A stretch of DNA of 64,000 nt from an uncultured Verrucomicrobiae bacterium (GTDB lineage: Bacteria > Verrucomicrobiota > Verrucomicrobiia > Limisphaerales > Palsa-1400). The notes beneath the pieces are model-generated. The model was given only the letters and a program-made list of their open reading frames with translations. It searched no databases and was not told the DNA's origin. Location: NCBI GenBank assembly GCA_963702845.1, contig OY969763.1, positions 5,632,001 to 5,696,000 on the forward strand. The letters are read 5' to 3'. The position numbers and the translations under genes are program-made. Positions 36,411 through 46,130 of the stretch are shown here, piece after piece (within the stretch, counting starts at the first letter, position 1; every line of letters begins with the position of its first letter).

Positions 36411-38823
36411 CAGCAAAATTAAAGCAACGGGCGCGCCGAATCCATCGCTCACCGGCACCGTCCAAGGGCTTAGAAACGGTGACAATATCACAGGTGCGTT
36501 TACGACCTCGGCAACCGACGCAAGCCCGGCAGGAGATTACACGATTGCGGCGGGGATCAATGATCCCGATGGGAAAGCAATCAATTACAACATCGCATAT
36601 CACAACGGAACTTTGTCCGTTGTTGATGTGCCGGCCATTACTGACCAGCCTGCAAGCCTCACAAAGGACTCCGGAGACAACGCTGTTTTCACCGTCACCG
36701 CTTCCGGCGCATCACTGGCTTATCAGTGGTATAAAGACAATGCGCCGGTCGGCAATACCGGAGAATTCTCGGGCGCACTCAGCAGCAGCTTGACGATTAC
36801 TTCTGCTACGGTGGCTGACGCAGGAAGTTACTACGTGGTCATTACAAATGCGGTGGGCGGCGTTACGAGTTCGAATGCGACCCTGACCGTCCAGTCTGCT
36901 CCCGGTCTTGCTGTGCAACCGCTGTCATCCACGAACAATGCCGGCACAGCCAAAGTGTTCAGTGTCAGCGCGACTGGTGCCGGGCCATTGATATATACCT
37001 GGTATCGCGGCGCGTCGCCCTTGAGTGATGGCGCGGATATTACCGGCTCGGCGTCGGCAAACCTGACTATTGGCAATTTGCAGCGCAGCAGTTCGGGCGA
37101 TTACTCTGTCGTCGTCACCAACGATTTCGGGTCGGTAACCAGCGAAACGGCGACGCTTACGGTAATTGATCCTGCGATTCTAAGCGATCCCGCCAGCACA
37201 TCGCTTATCGGCGGGCAAACCACCGTGCTTAGCGTGACGGCGGCAGGGACTCCTACGCTTCGTTACCAGTGGTATCAGAGCAATATCGTCGCGCACACCG
37301 TGGCCAAGCTTACGGGCAAAACAGCGGCGTCTCTGACTATTGGGCCCGCGACTGACGCTACTGCAGGCGGCTACTACTGTATCGTCACAAACCAGCTTTC
37401 CGCGCCGAATAGCGCCACCAGTGCGGTTGCATTGGTCGTTGTTTATACAACCGCTGAACTCATCATCAATACAGACTTGGGCACCGGCACTGGCGTCACC
37501 GCGCACGTCGGTTCCACGAAGTACGGAACGGTCGCCAATCACGCGATCTTGCAGCGTGGCCGAACCTATACCGTCAAGGCGACCCCTGCCAGCAACTGTA
37601 TTTTCAGCAACTGGACCGATGGCAATGGAAACGTTCTCACCAACAGCAGCATGTTGAAAAACTTTGTCATGCAATCGAACCTGGTGCTTAACGCAAACTT
37701 CATGACGAATGCTGCTCTCGCAGCAGGTGTCGAGGGCAAATACAACGGGCTCTTCTATGAAACGGTTAGCAGTCAGCCTGATATTAAAGTTGAATCTGCA
37801 GGTTTGTTGACCGGGTTGAGCGTCAAATCGAAAGCGCAAAAAGGGCCGAATAGCACAACCGTCGGTTATGGCCCGGTGAGCGGAAAGATATTTGTTGATG
37901 GAGGGACCAAGCCATTGGCCGGCATATTTGACCTGAACGGGAATTTGAAGAAAAACGTGAAGCTAGAGCCGGTCATCATCTCGCGCTCAAAGTTGGGCAA
38001 GCCGGACCTGGCGGTGACTTTGCACATGGATTTGGACGGAGGAACCCGGCAAGTCACCGGCACGATCTCAAATATGACCGCAGGCGGTTGGGTTGCAGAT
38101 GTGCGCGCCGATCTCGCGGTAAGTGCCGGTCTCGCCCAGTACACGATGGCAATAGACCACGGGACTAACACCACCGATTTCCCTGGAGGCTTTGGCTTTG
38201 CTACTCTCAGCGGCAAAGCATCGGGCCTGTTTACGCTCGGTGGCAAAGTTGCAGATGGCCAACCGATTTCGCAATCCGTCGCTCCTGACGTCCACGGTAA
38301 ATTGCCGCTCTACGTCAAACTGTATAACGGCGGCGGGCTGTTGCTCGGCTGGATCGACATGAACGGCGGCGCTCCCGCGGGCGATCTGACCTGGATTAAG
38401 CCGGGCGGTTGGTCGAGTCCGCACAACATCAACTACACAACTGGATTCACCAACACGTTCGCCATTTCTGGCTCGGTTTACAATCCACCTGCGGTAGGAA
38501 CTCGCATCTTGACCAGCGATTCCAATAGCTATGTCGTTACTGCAAGTGACATTGGCAGTGGCACAGAGACGAGCCTCTCCTGGATCGTGAACCTGACCAC
38601 AGCAAACAAGTTTGTCATTCTGCCGGGCAGCGCGACGAACGCTTTGAGCCTGACCGTCAAAGCGCCCACTGGCGAAATCGGCATGAAATTCCGGCCCACA
38701 GCGGCGGGTACCCATAGTGACAAAGTTGTCGACGGCGTCGTGCTGCAGGGAACCACCAATATGTTTGGTGCATTCCAGAATACTGGAACGATTGGCGGCG
38801 TGACCGTCCAACCGGCGCCATAA
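36274..38823 (+). CDS. giant secreted protein, 3' part: MBG, Ig domains, InlB-B-like repeat, ~350-aa C-terminal beta domain
   Basis: From DITQTIDDPNG it completes the MBG repeat broken at ~36300. The C-terminal GKYNGLFYE domain is shared with 49246-56541. Confidence 0.85.
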   Translation: MPPLRLARTDITQTIDDPNGVLANYSVTTNNGSLTITSAPLSVTADSKIKATGAPNPSLTGTVQGLRNGDNITGAFTTSATDASPAGDYTIAAGINDPDGKAINYNIAYHNGTLSVVDVPAITDQPASLTKDSGDNAVFTVTASGASLAYQWYKDNAPVGNTGEFSGALSSSLTITSATVADAGSYYVVITNAVGGVTSSNATLTVQSAPGLAVQPLSSTNNAGTAKVFSVSATGAGPLIYTWYRGASPLSDGADITGSASANLTIGNLQRSSSGDYSVVVTNDFGSVTSETATLTVIDPAILSDPASTSLIGGQTTVLSVTAAGTPTLRYQWYQSNIVAHTVAKLTGKTAASLTIGPATDATAGGYYCIVTNQLSAPNSATSAVALVVVYTTAELIINTDLGTGTGVTAHVGSTKYGTVANHAILQRGRTYTVKATPASNCIFSNWTDGNGNVLTNSSMLKNFVMQSNLVLNANFMTNAALAAGVEGKYNGLFYETVSSQPDIKVESAGLLTGLSVKSKAQKGPNSTTVGYGPVSGKIFVDGGTKPLAGIFDLNGNLKKNVKLEPVIISRSKLGKPDLAVTLHMDLDGGTRQVTGTISNMTAGGWVADVRADLAVSAGLAQYTMAIDHGTNTTDFPGGFGFATLSGKASGLFTLGGKVADGQPISQSVAPDVHGKLPLYVKLYNGGGLLLGWIDMNGGAPAGDLTWIKPGGWSSPHNINYTTGFTNTFAISGSVYNPPAVGTRILTSDSNSYVVTASDIGSGTETSLSWIVNLTTANKFVILPGSATNALSLTVKAPTGEIGMKFRPTAAGTHSDKVVDGVVLQGTTNMFGAFQNTGTIGGVTVQPAP

Positions 38824-38927
38824 CGAGCAATTTGGCAACTGCAGGTGAATTAACGTTGGTCTGGATCGGATCGACATTGGGTTGTCACCTCAGTTGCCTT
38901 TTTTTCGTCCAATCCAGAGTGGAAAAT

Positions 38928-40715
38928 GTGCTGACCGATTTGCTGGAGTTTTCTCGAAACCGCAACGCGGTTCGAATTTGTCTCGCGTTGTTTTTGCTGT
39001 GCACTGGCCATGCGGCGGCAGCGAGCCGACCGAATATCGTTGTTATTCTTGCCGACGACCAGGGATGGGGTGATCTGAGCGTTTCCGGCAACACTAATCT
39101 CCACACGCCGAACGTCGACGCGTTTGCGAAACAAAGTGCGTCGTTCGATCGTTTCTACGTGTGTCCCCTCTGTTCACCCACTCGCGCGGAGTTTCTCACC
39201 GGCCGATATCATCCACGCGGCGGTGTACGCGGTGTTTCGACAGGACAAGAACGGTTGAATCTCGACGAGAAAACAATTGCCGACGCCTTCGAGGCCGCGG
39301 GTTACGCGACCGGAGCATTCGGCAAATGGCACAATGGCAGCCAATGGCCGTATCATCCCAACGCGCGCGGTTTCGATGAGTTCTTCGGCTTCACGTCCGG
39401 TCATTGGGGCGAGTATTTTGATCCGCCGCTCGATCACAACGGCCAACTGGTTCGCGCAAAAGGTTACGTTGCGGATGTTTTCACCGATCATGCGATCGAC
39501 TTCATTGAGAAAAATAAAGAGCGGCCGTTCTTTTGTTATCTTCCATTCAACACGCCGCATTCGCCTTTTGCCGTGCCGCCGGAATATTGGGAACGGTTCA
39601 AAAATGAACCGATCGCGATGCGTGCGCGAGCCGGTGATTCCGAGAACATCAACCAAACGCGGTGCGTGCTGGCCATGTGCGAAAACATCGATTGGAACGT
39701 CGGCCGCGTGTTGGGCAAACTCGACGAACTGAAGCTGGCCGAAAATACGATCGTGATTTATTTCTCCGACAACGGGCCGGCCGGATATCGTTGGAACGGC
39801 GATATGAAAGGCAGGAAAGGGCTCACTGATGAAGGCGGCGTCCGCGCTCCGTTCTTCATCCGTTGGCCGGGAAAAATCATACCCGCGACGGTGCGCGAAA
39901 TCGCAGGAGCGATCGACCTGTTGCCCACGCTCACTTCGATGGCGGGAATTAGCCGGGTTGGCGACAAAAAATTGGATGGAAAGGATCTGTCGCAGCTACT
40001 TGAGGGCCGCGCGGCCAACTGGCCCGACCGACTGATTTTTTCCTGCCGCAATGAAAAAGTCAGTGTTCGCTCGCAACAATATCGTCTCGATAGCGCCGGC
40101 GCGTTGTTCGACATGGCGGCCGATCCCGGCCAGCGCGTAGATTTGGCGCATGAGAAGCCCGAACTTGCCGCGAAGCTTTCTCGCGCAGTGGCTGATTGGC
40201 GCAAGGAAGTTTTTGCAACGCCGTCTTACGCCGTGGATGACCGTCCGTATCCGGTTGGTTACGCGGTGTTCCCGCGCACGCCGCTGCCTGCCCGGGATGG
40301 CGTGCCGCATGGTGGAATCAAACGCAGCGCGAACGCGCCGAATTGCTCATATTTCGTCAACTGGACCAGCCCGGAAGATGCGATGACGTGGGACATCGAC
40401 GTGGCCACTGCCGGCGATTATTTCGTCGAGATTCAATATACGTGCCCGATGGCCGACGCTGGTTCCACTGTTCAGCTCGGTTTCAGGGATAGCAAGCTCA
40501 CGGGTAAAGTCACTCCCGGTTGGGACCCGCAGCTTTATACCAATCAGGACACGATCGAGCGAGTTGGTGAATCGCGGATGAAAGAGTTTCATCCACTGAA
40601 CCTCGGAATCATTCATCTGGAAAAAGGCCGTGGTCTGCTGGCGTTGCGCGCACTGGACATCCCAGGCAAAACGGTGATGGACATGCGTCAGATTAATTTG
40701 ACGCTGAAAAAGTGA
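38928..40715 (+). CDS. arylsulfatase (formylglycine-dependent) with C-terminal beta-sandwich
   Basis: PNIVVILADDQGWGD, CSPTRAEFLTG, GKWH, SDNG. Signal peptide present; start approximate (GTG 38928). Confidence 0.92.
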   Translation: MLTDLLEFSRNRNAVRICLALFLLCTGHAAAASRPNIVVILADDQGWGDLSVSGNTNLHTPNVDAFAKQSASFDRFYVCPLCSPTRAEFLTGRYHPRGGVRGVSTGQERLNLDEKTIADAFEAAGYATGAFGKWHNGSQWPYHPNARGFDEFFGFTSGHWGEYFDPPLDHNGQLVRAKGYVADVFTDHAIDFIEKNKERPFFCYLPFNTPHSPFAVPPEYWERFKNEPIAMRARAGDSENINQTRCVLAMCENIDWNVGRVLGKLDELKLAENTIVIYFSDNGPAGYRWNGDMKGRKGLTDEGGVRAPFFIRWPGKIIPATVREIAGAIDLLPTLTSMAGISRVGDKKLDGKDLSQLLEGRAANWPDRLIFSCRNEKVSVRSQQYRLDSAGALFDMAADPGQRVDLAHEKPELAAKLSRAVADWRKEVFATPSYAVDDRPYPVGYAVFPRTPLPARDGVPHGGIKRSANAPNCSYFVNWTSPEDAMTWDIDVATAGDYFVEIQYTCPMADAGSTVQLGFRDSKLTGKVTPGWDPQLYTNQDTIERVGESRMKEFHPLNLGIIHLEKGRGLLALRALDIPGKTVMDMRQINLTLKK

Positions 40716-40720
40716 GTTGG

Positions 40721-41722
40721 TTAGATCGTCTTCACTTTGCCCGCATGCGTTCTGCGGAAAGCATGAAGGCAATCGCCCGTCGAACTGATATATTGCACGT
40801 CGATGTTGTCGCGAGTGACGTGCAGGTGGACAAATCCAAATAGCTTTTCGGCAAAACCACGGCCCGGGCGTTTAATCGCGTATAGTCCGGCGCCACCTCC
40901 GCCGGAGACGACGAAGCTGGTGTTGTAACCTTCCACTTCGAGATGTTGTAGGTTGTGATCGTGGCCTGCCACGAAAAGGGAGATGTTGTTGGCTTTCAAA
41001 AGCGGGCCCCATTCGGCAATGAGACGTTTGCTGTCGCCCTTAGTCCCTGCGCTGAACATCGGATAATGGCTGATGACCCAACGCCATGGGGCGCGCGTTT
41101 CTTTTTTAAGCTCTGCTTCGAGGAAACGTTTCTGCTCAATTTTTTCCTGTGGCGTCAATGCGCCTTCGAACATATTCGCATCGAGGAAAATAATTTTGAG
41201 GATGGGATTTTGTGAGTCGGGAAATTCCACCGCATACCATTTGGCCGGCATCTTCCAGCGTGAAGATGGATTGCTCTTGGCGTAGTCCAGTTGCATCTGC
41301 GCTTTGGCTGGTCCTTGTTTGGCGTCGTAAGATGGGCCGTAATCGTGATTGCCCAAACAGGCGTAAAATGGGCAGGCCAGATGTTCTTTGGAGTACATGG
41401 CCTCGAACCCCGGGAGAAAGCGTTTCGGGGTCATTTTGCCGTAGAAGTTGTCGCCCAAAGCAAACACCGCGGTCGGCGGGTGCTTCAATTTTTTTGCGAC
41501 TTCCGCCATGGCATAAGCCACGGCGCGCTGGTTGACATTTCCAGTGCCAAAGTCTCCGAGCGCGAGGAAATCCAGTCCACCATCGGCAAATTCAGTTGAG
41601 GGAGGTTGTGCGGCAAGTTTCCAGGCGCCTGTCATTGTCAACAAACTGCTGCTGAAAAAAATCGTCTTCTTGACCGCTTCACGGCGACTGATGTAACTGT
41701 CGTTGGGCGGCGTTGGTTTCAT
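40721..41722 (-). CDS. Tat-exported metallophosphoesterase (purple acid / tartrate-resistant acid phosphatase type)
   Basis: SRREAVKK Tat signal; GDFG, GDNFY, GNHD, HYP and GHDHNLQH motifs. Confidence 0.9.
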   Translation of the reverse strand: MKPTPPNDSYISRREAVKKTIFFSSSLLTMTGAWKLAAQPPSTEFADGGLDFLALGDFGTGNVNQRAVAYAMAEVAKKLKHPPTAVFALGDNFYGKMTPKRFLPGFEAMYSKEHLACPFYACLGNHDYGPSYDAKQGPAKAQMQLDYAKSNPSSRWKMPAKWYAVEFPDSQNPILKIIFLDANMFEGALTPQEKIEQKRFLEAELKKETRAPWRWVISHYPMFSAGTKGDSKRLIAEWGPLLKANNISLFVAGHDHNLQHLEVEGYNTSFVVSGGGGAGLYAIKRPGRGFAEKLFGFVHLHVTRDNIDVQYISSTGDCLHAFRRTHAGKVKTI

Positions 41723-41773
41723 AGCTTTGCTTACACGAACGAATTACAACATCGGTCCGCCGTCGTGCATAGT

Positions 41774-43045
41774 TCATTTTGCCGCACGCTTGCCGAGAAC
41801 CGCCGAGGCCGGTTCACGCACAACTATCAAAGAGTCAGCGCGTGTGCGTTCCCTGCCGCCGGGGATCGAATTGCATATCTTGCCCTGCTTCCAGAAAGTC
41901 GACGAGCCGCCGCCGTCCATATTCATCGCCTCGCGGCAGCCGAGGGTGGCCATAAACTCGGCCAACTCACGGGAATTCATCCCCATCGAGAGGTGTTTTT
42001 GTCTTCCGTCCACCACGACCATGAAGAAATAGCGATCGTTGAAGCCAATGGCCGTACGCGGATTCCGGTGCTGAATGACCGCGCCTGCGTCAAATGTCTC
42101 CAGCGGTTTGCCGTCGCTCACCACCGGGAACACGCCGTGGCACGCGGTGACCACGTTTTGCAGTGACGGAGAGGTCGATAGTTCGATTTGAATGGCGTCG
42201 CCGGCGTGAATGGCGCTTGCTTTGGGAGCCGCTTGCGCGCTGAAGCTCAGAACACAAACGGTGTTCGACAAACCTGAATTGCCCGCAGGATTGATGGCTT
42301 TGACTTGCATGACGCGGGTTTCGCCAACGCGCCAGGACAAACTCGAGTGCGCTGCGCTTTCAAGAACCAGTTCCAGATGATTTGTAGCGCGCGTTTGCTT
42401 GCCCAGCGTATGTGTGAAAAGCACGACCTCGCCCGCGAAACATTCGCGATTCAAGCCAATGGCCACTTTCTCGCCGCCCGGCAATTTTGCGTTGTAGGAC
42501 GATTTAATGTCGCCGATGTGCATCGACCTGTCCTCGTTGACCCAAAAACTGAACTTCGATGGAGCGCCGACGACTTCACCATCGACGATTACCATAGCCT
42601 CATGCGCGTCTTTGCCGATGCCGCGTGGCGCACCCATGTATGGGTTGGCGGTGCGAATGCAAAATCCCGCGTTGATTGCGACCAATGGCTCGCCCCTGGA
42701 TTTCGGAAATGAGCTCGCAATGGCGGATACAGGCGCCACGCCGAAAATTTCATTGTGCGCGAGATTCTCCGCAAGTCGTAATTCCTTGTGTGTGCGGTCG
42801 AGGCGCGCGATGTGAATCGACCACGGGTCGCCGCTGTTCCAGTTCGACATTTGCAAAGTAGCGTAATCGAGCCCGGGAACAACGGCCGTGTAATTCAGAG
42901 CCAGATTGTGTTTTGTCGCAGCCGATGCGACGTCGGCCCTACCAGCCAATAAAATGATGAGAAGGTATCCAACCGCCCTAGCCCAAGACCCGGTGGCCGA
43001 GGAGAATCCGTCAGGGCGCCGGCCAATTCGAAAGACAAGCTTCAT
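41774..43045 (-). CDS. phosphodiester glycosidase (NAGPA) family protein, secreted
   Basis: AINAGF, RNPRTAIG, VVVDGRQ, AMNMDGGGSST. ATG 43045 chosen as start. Confidence 0.9.
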   Translation of the reverse strand: MKLVFRIGRRPDGFSSATGSWARAVGYLLIILLAGRADVASAATKHNLALNYTAVVPGLDYATLQMSNWNSGDPWSIHIARLDRTHKELRLAENLAHNEIFGVAPVSAIASSFPKSRGEPLVAINAGFCIRTANPYMGAPRGIGKDAHEAMVIVDGEVVGAPSKFSFWVNEDRSMHIGDIKSSYNAKLPGGEKVAIGLNRECFAGEVVLFTHTLGKQTRATNHLELVLESAAHSSLSWRVGETRVMQVKAINPAGNSGLSNTVCVLSFSAQAAPKASAIHAGDAIQIELSTSPSLQNVVTACHGVFPVVSDGKPLETFDAGAVIQHRNPRTAIGFNDRYFFMVVVDGRQKHLSMGMNSRELAEFMATLGCREAMNMDGGGSSTFWKQGKICNSIPGGRERTRADSLIVVREPASAVLGKRAAK

Positions 43046-43735
43046 TACGTGGACAGTTTGGCTTTTACACAGTGACAGGTCTATCGTCCAAAAGAGTGAT
43101 GACATTTCCATAGGCCTGTTTTTCGTTGTCGTGTTGCGGGTCGCGAAGTGCCTGAGCGGGCTGACTTTGCCGTGGTGTCGACGGGCTGTCTCCGGGCAAG
43201 GCAGTGCTGCTTCACAATTTGGGTGAAGCGGGACGATGGTATCGGTTTGTGGTCCTGTGCTCATGATTTGGTTCCTGTCATTTTGGTGCGAATTACCGCT
43301 AATTCGGCAGACGATCCGTTTTTTGCGTAAAGGGTGTTCATTTTTTATTTTGGTGCAAACCGCTGCAAGCGAGTGCAAACCACTGCAAATGGGCTGCAAA
43401 AACCTTTTTTACATTTACGATGAGCGTTATTGCCCAGCGGTTCCGCCGTCGCCGAGGCTATGCGGACGGGTGGATTAGGTCAGGGAGTAGCTACTCGTCA
43501 AAAAATGTAGGGAAAGGAGGGAAGTCAGGGAAAGAAATGGCACTTTTTTGTGACGAAAACGTGCGTTGTTACGCGGTTGGCATGAAAGTTGAGGGGGTGT
43601 TCAACGCGAAGGCGCGAAGAAACAATGGCGCAGAAAGTAAACTCAAAATCAATACGCGAACGGCCTGCGTCCAGCCCAGCTCACAGAACACACAGATCAC
43701 AAAGAGAGATGGGGATTCATAAAATCACGCCAGCC

Positions 43736-45271
43736 TCAGTGGTCTTTTTTCCGATCATTGCTGATGGACTCTGGCGCATCTGTTTCAGTTTCCTTCACTT
43801 CGGTTCGCAACCGGGCAAGTTCTTTTTGTAATTGCTCCTGAATGCTCGCGTAACTTTTCTCGCCGTAAACATTGTTCAGTTCGTTCGGATCTTTCTTTTG
43901 ATCGATTAACGTCCAGTAATTGATGTCCGGTTCGTAAAAGTGGAACAACTTGTAGCGATCCGTCACCACGCCGTAATGCTTGCGGACTTTGTGGGGGCCG
44001 GGGAACTCGTAGTAATGGAAGTAGAAGCTGGTTCGCCAATCGCTGGGTGCCGTTCCGCGCAGGATCGGCATAAGGCTGCGACCTTGCATGTCGTCAGGAA
44101 CTTTGACGCCAGCGGCATCCAACAATGTTTCCGGATAATCGAGCACTGACACCATCGCTTTGCTTCGTGTGCCTGGTTTAATAACGCCGGGCCATCGGAT
44201 CATCAACGGAGTGGTGAGTGATTCCTCGTAAATCCAGCGTTTATCGAACCAGCCGTGTTCGCCGAGGTAAAACCCTTGGTCGGACGAATAAACAACGATG
44301 GTGTTGGTGGCGAGCCCTTCATCGTCCAAATACTTCAACAAACGTCCGACGCTTTCATCGACGGACAAAATCGTCCCAAGATAATCATGCATGTAGCGTT
44401 GGTAACGCCAACGCACGAGATCTTTGCCGGTCAGGTTTTCCGACTGCATTTTGGCATTACGCGGTTCGTAGTAGGCGTCCCAAACTTTCTTTTGTTCCGG
44501 GGTGAGTGAGGGTGGAGAAGTGAACTTTGCATCGCGTGCGGTGAACGTTTTCGCGATGGTCATGTCCTGCTCATGTTCAGCGCGACCGCGGCCTGAGTAA
44601 TCGTCAAACAATGTTTCAGGTTCGGCGAACTTTCTGTCCTTGTTCCAATTGAGATTTTTGAGATTGGGCGACCATTCGCGATGCGGCGCTTTGTGTTGGG
44701 CCATCAACAGGAATGGCTTTGATTTGTCGCGGTTTTTCAGCCATTCGATCGAAAAATCAGTAATGAGATCGGTGACATAGCCCTGGTGTGTCACTTTCTG
44801 TCCGTTCCGAATCATCGGTGGGTTGTAATAAATTCCCTGGTCGGGAAGTATTTCCCAGTGATCGAAGCCGGTCGGATCGGACACGAGGTGCCACTTGCCG
44901 ATGATCGCGGTCTGGTAACCGGCTTTTTGCAGCAGCTTGGGAAAGGTCTGTTGTGCGCCATTGAAGGTGTTGCCGTTATTGCGATAGAAGCCATTCAGAT
45001 GGCTGTATTTGCCGGTCAGAACAGTCGCACGACTCGGGCCGCAAATCGGATTGGGAACGAGACAACGTTCGAACAACATTCCTTCTTTGGCGATTCGATC
45101 GAGGTTGGGAGTTTCGACGAGTTTAAGCGGATTGTTATACGCGCTGATGGCCTGTCGTGTGTGATCATCTGTGAATATGAACAGGATATTCGGGCGCTGC
45201 GCGGCTTGTGTGTTTTGGAATAAAAGCGAGAGGACGATGGCGGCAACAAGCCGGCAGGTTTGCATTCTCAT
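43736..45271 (-). CDS. sulfatase (N-acetylglucosamine-6-sulfatase-like subgroup, DUF4976-like C-terminus)
   Basis: [49 protein letters not shown]. Confidence 0.92.
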   Translation of the reverse strand: MRMQTCRLVAAIVLSLLFQNTQAAQRPNILFIFTDDHTRQAISAYNNPLKLVETPNLDRIAKEGMLFERCLVPNPICGPSRATVLTGKYSHLNGFYRNNGNTFNGAQQTFPKLLQKAGYQTAIIGKWHLVSDPTGFDHWEILPDQGIYYNPPMIRNGQKVTHQGYVTDLITDFSIEWLKNRDKSKPFLLMAQHKAPHREWSPNLKNLNWNKDRKFAEPETLFDDYSGRGRAEHEQDMTIAKTFTARDAKFTSPPSLTPEQKKVWDAYYEPRNAKMQSENLTGKDLVRWRYQRYMHDYLGTILSVDESVGRLLKYLDDEGLATNTIVVYSSDQGFYLGEHGWFDKRWIYEESLTTPLMIRWPGVIKPGTRSKAMVSVLDYPETLLDAAGVKVPDDMQGRSLMPILRGTAPSDWRTSFYFHYYEFPGPHKVRKHYGVVTDRYKLFHFYEPDINYWTLIDQKKDPNELNNVYGEKSYASIQEQLQKELARLRTEVKETETDAPESISNDRKKDH

Positions 45272-45377
45272 AAAGGATCGAATCGAATTTTTAACGATTC
45301 GTATGGTACTCGGAGGCGTTGTTTGCGACTATCACTCAACCGAGTGATCAGCTTGTTGTATTGGCCGGAAAATCAAC

Positions 45378-46043
45378 TCAAACGAACGGGCGCAACTCTG
45401 CTTTTGCGACGCTCTCCGCATTGCGCAGATAGCGTGTCGCAGCTTCGGTGCGCGAACGGACGTGAAGCTTCTCGTAGATGTGACGCAAATGAGTCCGAAC
45501 AGTATCGAAACTGACGGAGAGCCGGTCGGCAATTTCCTTATTGGCATAGCCCTGGGTCAGCAATTCGAGAATTTCTTCTTCACGGGCGGTTAAGCCGGCG
45601 TCTTTGATAGTCACCGGAGCAGGGCGGCGGAATGATGCGATGACTTTTCGTGCGATTTCGCCGGTCATCGGCGCGCCGCCGTTCAAAACATCCTGAATGG
45701 CGCCGAGGAGTTCGGCTGGAGTCGTGCGCTTGAGCAGATAACCGCTCGCGCCTGATTGCAAGGCGGATAATACGCGATCGTTGTCGGCATGCACGGTCAC
45801 AATCAAAATCTGGACCTGCGGCATGGATTGTTTGAGTCGCGCGGTGCATTCGATGCCCGACATACCCGGCAGATTAATATCCATCAGCACCACGTCCGGG
45901 ACGGCTTGCGGCACCTTTTTAAGAGCATCTTCACCCGATCCGCATGCGCACACACATTGAAATCCTGGAGAGGCGTCAATGAGTTTTGCCCAATTTTCAC
46001 GGATTCCGCGAGTGTCTTCGACAAGGGCAACTTTGATTCTCAT
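45378..46043 (-). CDS. NarL/LuxR family response regulator
   Basis: REC domain (VEDT...LMDINLPG...YLLK) plus LuxR HTH (LTAREEEIL...NKEIA...TVRTH...IYEKLHV). Confidence 0.95.
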   Translation of the reverse strand: MRIKVALVEDTRGIRENWAKLIDASPGFQCVCACGSGEDALKKVPQAVPDVVLMDINLPGMSGIECTARLKQSMPQVQILIVTVHADNDRVLSALQSGASGYLLKRTTPAELLGAIQDVLNGGAPMTGEIARKVIASFRRPAPVTIKDAGLTAREEEILELLTQGYANKEIADRLSVSFDTVRTHLRHIYEKLHVRSRTEAATRYLRNAESVAKAELRPFV

Positions 46044-46130
46044 GGTAGGGAGGAATCCGCGTCGTGCGGTTCGGATATGGGTTAGTGTGCGCAATTTGAT
46101 CTTCGGCGAATATCGCTCAAACGGGTGACA

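Noticed and set aside
31170..38823. Classical type Va autotransporter
   Set aside because: Passenger-type repeats are present, but no recognisable autotransporter barrel or terminal aromatic motif. The same holds for 56680-60525.
43046..43399. 118-aa N-terminal extension of the NAGPA ORF
   Set aside because: It would bury the signal peptide and overlaps repeat-rich intergenic DNA. It might be a gene remnant, but this cannot be supported.
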